From positions 448,001 to 512,000 of the forward strand of contig OZ255836.1 of assembly GCA_965277715.1 (NCBI GenBank): a stretch of 64,000 nt of DNA, written 5' to 3'. The position numbers and the translations under genes are program-made. This document shows, piece after piece, positions 58,567 to 64,000 of the stretch; position 1 is the first letter of the stretch; each line of letters starts with the position of its first letter. The DNA is from Gammaproteobacteria bacterium (GTDB lineage: Bacteria; Pseudomonadota; Gammaproteobacteria; JBCCGL01). The notes under the pieces are model-generated. The model was not told the DNA's origin and ran no database searches. It saw only the letters and a program-made list of their open reading frames with translations.

Positions 58567-59928
58567 ATGTCTGATGAGATCAGGTGGTGTGAGAAACCTT
58601 ATAGCGGCTACGCTATCCGCAATCCGATAGCCCCCGATTTTGATTTTCTGCGCGTAGGACCTGCCACGCCGGGTGGTGAGTATCTACGCCGTTTTTGGCA
58701 CCCGGTTGCGATGTCAGAGCAACTGGGTGATAAACCGCTGGCCATCCGTGTGCTCGGTGAAGACCTGGTTGTTTTCCGCGATCTATCCGGTCGTGTTGGC
58801 CTGTTGCACAGGCATTGTGCACACCGGCGGGCGTCGCTGGAGTTTGGCCGTATCGCCGAACATGGGTTGCGTTGTTGCTATCACGGCTGGCACTTCGATG
58901 TTGACGGCACTATTCTGGAAACGCCCGGTGAGCCGGTGAACAGCCCCATCCGTCACAAAATCTGCCAGGGTGCATACCCCGTGCACGAGTTTAAAGGCCT
59001 GGTCTTTGCCTATATGGGGCCACCTGAGGAAAAACCAGCGTTTCCCTGCCTGGATTCGATGGATATCCCCGACCACGAAATGTTGCCGTATTCGATTCAC
59101 TCGCCGAATAACTGGCTACAAGAAACTGAAAACGCCATTGATCCTTTTCACAGCGTCTTTTTACACGGGCGAATCAATGGACCACAGTTTCCTGGGCTGG
59201 AGCATTTTGTCGAGTTGCCCGTGGTGCGTTATTTTCAACGCGATGAGGGGTTTGTCTACGCCCATGCGCGGCGTACCGGGGATTTGGTGTTGCTGCGGTT
59301 TCACGATTACCTACTGCCTAATCTGGCGCAAAATGGTGGCATGTTTCAAGTGCTCGACCACCCCAATACCTTTGGCCGCACCAGCCTGACCAAGTGGGTG
59401 GTGCCCGTTGATGATGTGAATAGCCGCAAATTTGGCTGGCGTCATTTTAATGAAAAGGACGAAGTATTGCGCCAGGGGGAGCGGGATCAGATCGGTTGGG
59501 AAAAAGTCGATTTTTATGGCCAGACAAGCCATCGCAGTTATCAGGAAATGCAAAATAACCCCGGTGACTGGGAAGCGTGGAGTAGTCAGGGGGCAATGAA
59601 TGTGCACCAGCGTGAATACCTTGGCACCACCGATCAGGGGGTGGCCATGCTGCGTTCGCGGCTGAAGAAAGACATACGTGCAGTTGCTGAAGGGCAATCG
59701 ATTGCCACGATGGCCGGTAGTATGGCTGGTAGCGCAGCCAGGCCGTATCACACTTACGGTGGTGATACGATTCTGCGCATACCCAAAAGTGACGATGACA
59801 AAGCCGTTCAGCAGCGTTTGATGCAGGAGGTTATGGCCATTTACTTTGCCGCAGATCAATACGAAGCGGATGAGCGCAGTGACTTTATCCGCCGTGAGGT
59901 GGCGGCAAAGTACCCGCAGGCCTTGTAG
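58567..59928 (+). CDS. Rieske non-heme iron oxygenase (phthalate 4,5-dioxygenase/LigXa-like)
   Basis: VGPATPGGEYLRRFWHP, CAHRR...CCYHGW, ENAIDPFHSVFLH, LGTTDQGV. Confidence 0.92.
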   Translation: MSDEIRWCEKPYSGYAIRNPIAPDFDFLRVGPATPGGEYLRRFWHPVAMSEQLGDKPLAIRVLGEDLVVFRDLSGRVGLLHRHCAHRRASLEFGRIAEHGLRCCYHGWHFDVDGTILETPGEPVNSPIRHKICQGAYPVHEFKGLVFAYMGPPEEKPAFPCLDSMDIPDHEMLPYSIHSPNNWLQETENAIDPFHSVFLHGRINGPQFPGLEHFVELPVVRYFQRDEGFVYAHARRTGDLVLLRFHDYLLPNLAQNGGMFQVLDHPNTFGRTSLTKWVVPVDDVNSRKFGWRHFNEKDEVLRQGERDQIGWEKVDFYGQTSHRSYQEMQNNPGDWEAWSSQGAMNVHQREYLGTTDQGVAMLRSRLKKDIRAVAEGQSIATMAGSMAGSAARPYHTYGGDTILRIPKSDDDKAVQQRLMQEVMAIYFAADQYEADERSDFIRREVAAKYPQAL

Positions 59929-59940
59929 GGGGTGCGGCGT

Positions 59941-61062
59941 ATGAATGAGCCAAACCGACCTCAACCACGTGCAGGTATCCTGCGCATCAAACCGCATATG
60001 TTGGTTGCGGATGCACTGCCTATAGATCAATCACCCACAAACCACCCGCCTATTAATATTGCCTCAAATGAAAGTGCCTACGGGCCAAGCCCACATGCGC
60101 TAGGCGCTGCACAAGGGGCAATAAATTCAATACAGCGCTATGCCGAAACGGCGCAACAGCAACTGGCCAACGCGATTGCCAGGCAATTTAACCTGAACCC
60201 GGAGGGTGTCGTGTGTGGGCACGGTTCGGATGACTTACTGGCGCGGATTGCGCGCACGTATCTGTCGCCGGGGGATGAGTTGATTTTTAGCTGCAATGGC
60301 TATCAAAAAATACCCAACTACGCCTACGCCAACGACGCCGAGGCAATCGCTGCCAGTGATAATGACTTTACCGTCGATGTCGATGCGATTCTCGCCTGTG
60401 TCAGTGATCGCACCCGGATAGTGATGATTGCCAACCCGGACAACCCGACCGGAACATATATACCATCGTCTGAAATACGGCGTTTACACGCCCACCTGGC
60501 GCCGCATATTTTGCTGGTGCTGGATTCGGCCTACCTGGAATACGTCGATGCCGACGACTACGAAACACCTCAACACCTGATTGAAAACCACCACAATGTG
60601 TTGATGACGCGTACCTTTTCAAAAGTCTATGGCCTGGCCGGTGCGCGTTTGGGATGGCTGTATGCCCCCGTGGAAACCGCCGATGTGTTACGCCGTATCG
60701 GTATTACCTTTCCCGTGTCGTCGCCTGCGCTGGCAGCGGGTGTTGCCGCGTTGCAGGATCGTGCGCACACACAGTGGGTGCTCGAACAAAACAGGCGGGT
60801 GCGCCAGCAGTTTGCCCAGGTATTGACGCAACTGGGTGCCAGGGTCTACCCCAGCCAAACCAATTTCTTACTGGTGCAATTTACAGATAAAGCCTCAACA
60901 GCGTCTGAGGTCTACAATTACCTTGAGGCCAATGGGGTTGTCGCACGTCGTTTTGCCGCACAGGCGTTTTCTGACTGTGTGCGCTTCACAATTGGCCTCG
61001 AAGCAGAAATGCACCGCGCCGGTGATTTACTGACTGCATTTTTTAACTTACGTGAGCACTGA
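59941..61062 (+). CDS. HisC-family PLP-dependent aminotransferase
   Basis: ASNESAYGPS, ANPDNPTG, DSAYLEY, RTFSKVYGLAGARLG. Confidence 0.9.
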   Translation: MNEPNRPQPRAGILRIKPHMLVADALPIDQSPTNHPPINIASNESAYGPSPHALGAAQGAINSIQRYAETAQQQLANAIARQFNLNPEGVVCGHGSDDLLARIARTYLSPGDELIFSCNGYQKIPNYAYANDAEAIAASDNDFTVDVDAILACVSDRTRIVMIANPDNPTGTYIPSSEIRRLHAHLAPHILLVLDSAYLEYVDADDYETPQHLIENHHNVLMTRTFSKVYGLAGARLGWLYAPVETADVLRRIGITFPVSSPALAAGVAALQDRAHTQWVLEQNRRVRQQFAQVLTQLGARVYPSQTNFLLVQFTDKASTASEVYNYLEANGVVARRFAAQAFSDCVRFTIGLEAEMHRAGDLLTAFFNLREH

Positions 61063-61063
61063 T

Positions 61064-61594
61064 ATGGCGGTGAACCTTCATCCACACCGGCTCCAGGGCG
61101 GTGCAATTGTCCACGCTATCAAGCAGGCGAAGGTAAACACTGTCGTGGCTCTGCCGGATATCGTCACCTGTGAAAGCACCTTGTGGCCAATCTCCGGTGA
61201 CCCGGATTTAACCCTGGTGCCGGTGTGTAAGGAAGATGAAGGGGTGTCGATTTGTGCGGGGTTGTCCTATTGTGAGCAGCGTGCCGTATTGTTGATTCAA
61301 CACACCGGTTTTCTCGATTCGATCAACGCGATTCGGGCTATTGCCATCGAGTACGCGTTGCCCGTTGTAATGATCGTCGGTTTGCAGGGTATGGAAGCTG
61401 ATCGCCTGCCAGCCGATTCAGAAAAATATGGCTTGAAAATCCTGCAACCTATTTGCCAGGCAATGGCGCTCGACTATCACTGGTTGGTTGATGAATCCGA
61501 CACAGCGACAATTACCCACACCATAGAGCAGGCTTACCAGCATTCACGGCCGGTCGTGATGTTTGTCGTGCACAGCCCGGAGTGTTCGCAATGA
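61064..61594 (+). CDS. ThDP-dependent decarboxylase alpha subunit (ComD/phosphonopyruvate decarboxylase-like)
   Basis: ALPD, CKEDEGVSICAG, IQHTGFLDSINA. Confidence 0.85.
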   Translation: MAVNLHPHRLQGGAIVHAIKQAKVNTVVALPDIVTCESTLWPISGDPDLTLVPVCKEDEGVSICAGLSYCEQRAVLLIQHTGFLDSINAIRAIAIEYALPVVMIVGLQGMEADRLPADSEKYGLKILQPICQAMALDYHWLVDESDTATITHTIEQAYQHSRPVVMFVVHSPECSQ

Positions 61595-62166
61595 TGAAAC
61601 GCGATCAGGCATTGCGTGTATTGGCACGGCACTACCCTGACGGCATCGTCGTGCCGGTCTACCAATCGGCCTTCGACTGGATGGCGATTCGACCGCATCC
61701 ATTAAACTATTTGTGTACCGGTGCGATGGGACAGGCATCATCGCACGCACTGGGGCTGGCGCTGGGGGCGCCCAGCGAAAAAGTGGTCGTGTTAGACGGT
61801 GATGGCAGCTTGCTGATGAACCTCGGCAGTCTGGTGACGATTGCCAATATGGCGCCAAAAAACCTTGTGCACTTTGTTAGCCACAACGGCATTTACGAGG
61901 TGAATGGAAGGTTTCCGATACCGGGTGGGTGTGCATTGCGGTTTGATGGTATGGCGCGTGAGGCGGGGTATGCCAGCACCTGGTCATTTGATGATATTGA
62001 TGACTTCGAGCGGGATATTGAGCAAGTGTTGAATACACAGGGGCCGGTATTTGTTAGCTTGCAGGTAGAGGCGGGGGAGTACCACCCCTGGGATTATGTG
62101 GCTATTCACAGCGCTGAGTCGCGTGCGATATTTCGGGCCGCTTTGCGGGAGCGTTTGTCGGTTTAA
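61591..62166 (+). CDS. ThDP-dependent decarboxylase beta subunit (ComE-like)
   Basis: GAMGQASSHALGLA, DGDGSLLMNLG, NGIYE. Confidence 0.87.
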   Translation: MMKRDQALRVLARHYPDGIVVPVYQSAFDWMAIRPHPLNYLCTGAMGQASSHALGLALGAPSEKVVVLDGDGSLLMNLGSLVTIANMAPKNLVHFVSHNGIYEVNGRFPIPGGCALRFDGMAREAGYASTWSFDDIDDFERDIEQVLNTQGPVFVSLQVEAGEYHPWDYVAIHSAESRAIFRAALRERLSV

Positions 62167-62478
62167 GCTAACGGGGCACAATAATGTGTTTTTTGGCAAG
62201 GTGCTAATCTGGTCATACCAATCCGTGAGTGTTGAGATAAAGATTAGCAGGGTACTTTTATGCAGATAGACGGTGTACTAGGTTTTTAGATTGGAAAGTA
62301 GTGCCATGTGTGTATCATAAGCTAAGCAGCTAATGACCGCCGTTTAACGCCAGCACTTACAAACCGTGATCACCCATTACCAGCAAAAAGCGCGTGAGGA
62401 ATTGCAAGCGATGAGAGAAACGGTATTTTCCAAGTTGCCGGATAAAAATATTCCTCAATATCAAAATGAGTCTGATCG

Positions 62479-63268
62479 CAATGGCACTAAGTTAAGCCGC
62501 TTTAGCTTGCCAATATTCAGTTTTTAAAACGTTCCTTGGTCGAGTCATTAATGCCCGTGGTTTAGGTCGCCTTTTTACCACTCTTGGTTCAAATCTAAAA
62601 GGTCGATGAAGCACACGATCATCCGCAATCGCTGCATATAAATAATCAAGATATTGCCGTCTTTTTTGTGCTGGACTCTGCCCACTACCAAGTGATGAAG
62701 TGCTTTGTCGGAGTGTTTGCAAAACACCTTTAAGACTTAGCCGATCAACCGGTGTGTCATGTCGGCATGAAGCGACACACATGATGTGCCTGATTGTGTT
62801 GTAAACAATCATGTGTATGATGATTTCCTTACGAACCATATCAGGTGTTTTACAGCGTAATATATCCATACCCATGGTGGTTTTAATATCGCGAAAATAC
62901 AGCTCCACATTCCAGCGCTGTGCATAGAGATCAATAATTTCTATAGCGGGATATTGCTGAGCATCAAGTAGTGTCGTGATGATATAAAAATGGTTCGTCC
63001 TAAATCCTTTTCGTACAATACTGACGTGTATTTGTCGTAAAGTTAAGGTCTTTGGAAGGTCGCTATGCTGCTCTTTTGTGTAACGGGTCGCTTTTGTGTG
63101 TCTAGGTTTTTGCCATTCGATATGAAGGTCATTATCGGCTATCTTCTTTTTGGCCTGGGAGGCAGTGCTGGGTGTTCTCCGGGCCAATGTAACGACACTG
63201 TCAACCGTTCGTCGAGAGAGGCAGTCAATATCGTAGAAGCTGCAAAAACCTTTATCACCTAAGAAAAT
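62479..63268 (-). mobile_element. IS4-family element, 3' part (transposase C-terminus 62492-63268) interrupted by ISL3
   Basis: GDKGF, Y..RW..E..FR..K (YREK motif), EPRVVKRRPK; end IR CAATGGCACTAAGTTAA at 62479. Confidence 0.85.
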
Positions 63269-63269
63269 G

Positions 63270-64000
63270 GGTTCCTCCCCGGTTTGTGTGAGGTTATAGT
63301 ATTTCATCCCCCTTTGCTATTGAGAGGCTCCGGTGCTATCGAGCCTTGAAGAACACTACAGCCAGCTCCTGGGCCTGACAGATGATTGGTCAGTGACATC
63401 AGTTGATTTAGACCCTTCAGGGTTAAAAGTATCCATTTCGTTTGAGTTTAGCGGCAACCACGGCCCTTGTTCGCACTGTGGAGAAGTGAGTCCGTTCTAT
63501 GATCACCGTTCACAAGAGCGATCCTGGAGACACCTGGATACTATGCAGTTTGAAACGCGCCTACACAGTCGCATTCCCCGAGTAAATTGTCTGGAGCATG
63601 GTGTTAAAAGTATGGTGTTACCCTGGGCAAGCAAGCGCAGTCGTTTTACGTTGTTGTTTGAATTATTTTCCATCAGGGTGTTGCAAGCCTCACGTAGCGT
63701 CGAAGAGACGCGTAAGTTACTGGGACTTAGCTGGAACGCAGTGGAAGCCATCAAAGCCCGCGCTGTCGAACGGGGACTTTCGCGTCGGGAATTGGTGACA
63801 ATTGAGTACCTGGGTATTGATGAGAAGTCCCACCGTAAAGGGCATGACTATGTGACGCTCATCAATGATATCGATGGAGGGCGAGTATTGGATGGAGTGA
63901 AAGATCACACCCAGGCAGCCTGTGAGGAGGCGTTGGAGGTTGCGCTGACGGATAACCAGCGAGAACAGGTGAAAGCCGTTGCGATTGATATGTGGCCTGC
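63270..64000 (+). mobile_element. ISL3-family element (transposase from ~63333, runs off window)
   Basis: GGTTCCTCC terminus. The ORF reads YSQLLGL..W, CSHCG..DH..RSWRHLDTMQF, PRVNC..HG, SRFT, GIDEK, VAIDMWPA. Confidence 0.9.

Noticed and set aside
59941-61062. Housekeeping hisC
   Set aside because: No his operon context and it is embedded in a catabolic operon, so the gene symbol was withheld.

Overview
The backbone looks like a gammaproteobacterial chromosome (tRNA-Val, purB-roxA, yccA-tRNA-Ser) and carries several accessory blocks. (1) 1-10773 is a decaying island at the 3' end of tRNA-Val(GAC). It holds an IS3 element inserted into a large STAND/NACHT NTPase gene with a C-terminal PD-(D/E)xK-like domain (also frameshifted at an A12 run), a fused MNT-HEPN gene, a complete IS66, a C4-like antisense RNA module and a truncated integron-integrase pseudogene. 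(2) 13.6-27.4 kb is an amine/amino-acid catabolic block that includes an unusual DppB permease-serine hydrolase fusion. (3) 28.8-55.6 kb is a ~26.8 kb island bounded by a 61-bp direct repeat of tRNA-Ser(TGA). It appears to nest a second element starting at an orphan tRNA-fMet 3' fragment. The island has four tyrosine recombinases (two form a convergent pair), two Replic_Relax (MOBC-like) relaxase plus VirD4-like coupling-protein modules, two TA pairs, a duplicated palindromic 11-6-11 site flanking a cargo module, and a ~700-bp hairpin-rich non-coding terminus. This nested element is the best candidate for a poorly described system. (4) 55.7-62.2 kb is a catabolic cluster of unknown substrate (Rieske oxygenase, aminotransferase, ThDP decarboxylase, DUF1116), followed by an IS4 interrupted by an ISL3. 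All calls come from motif recognition by eye; no searches were run.
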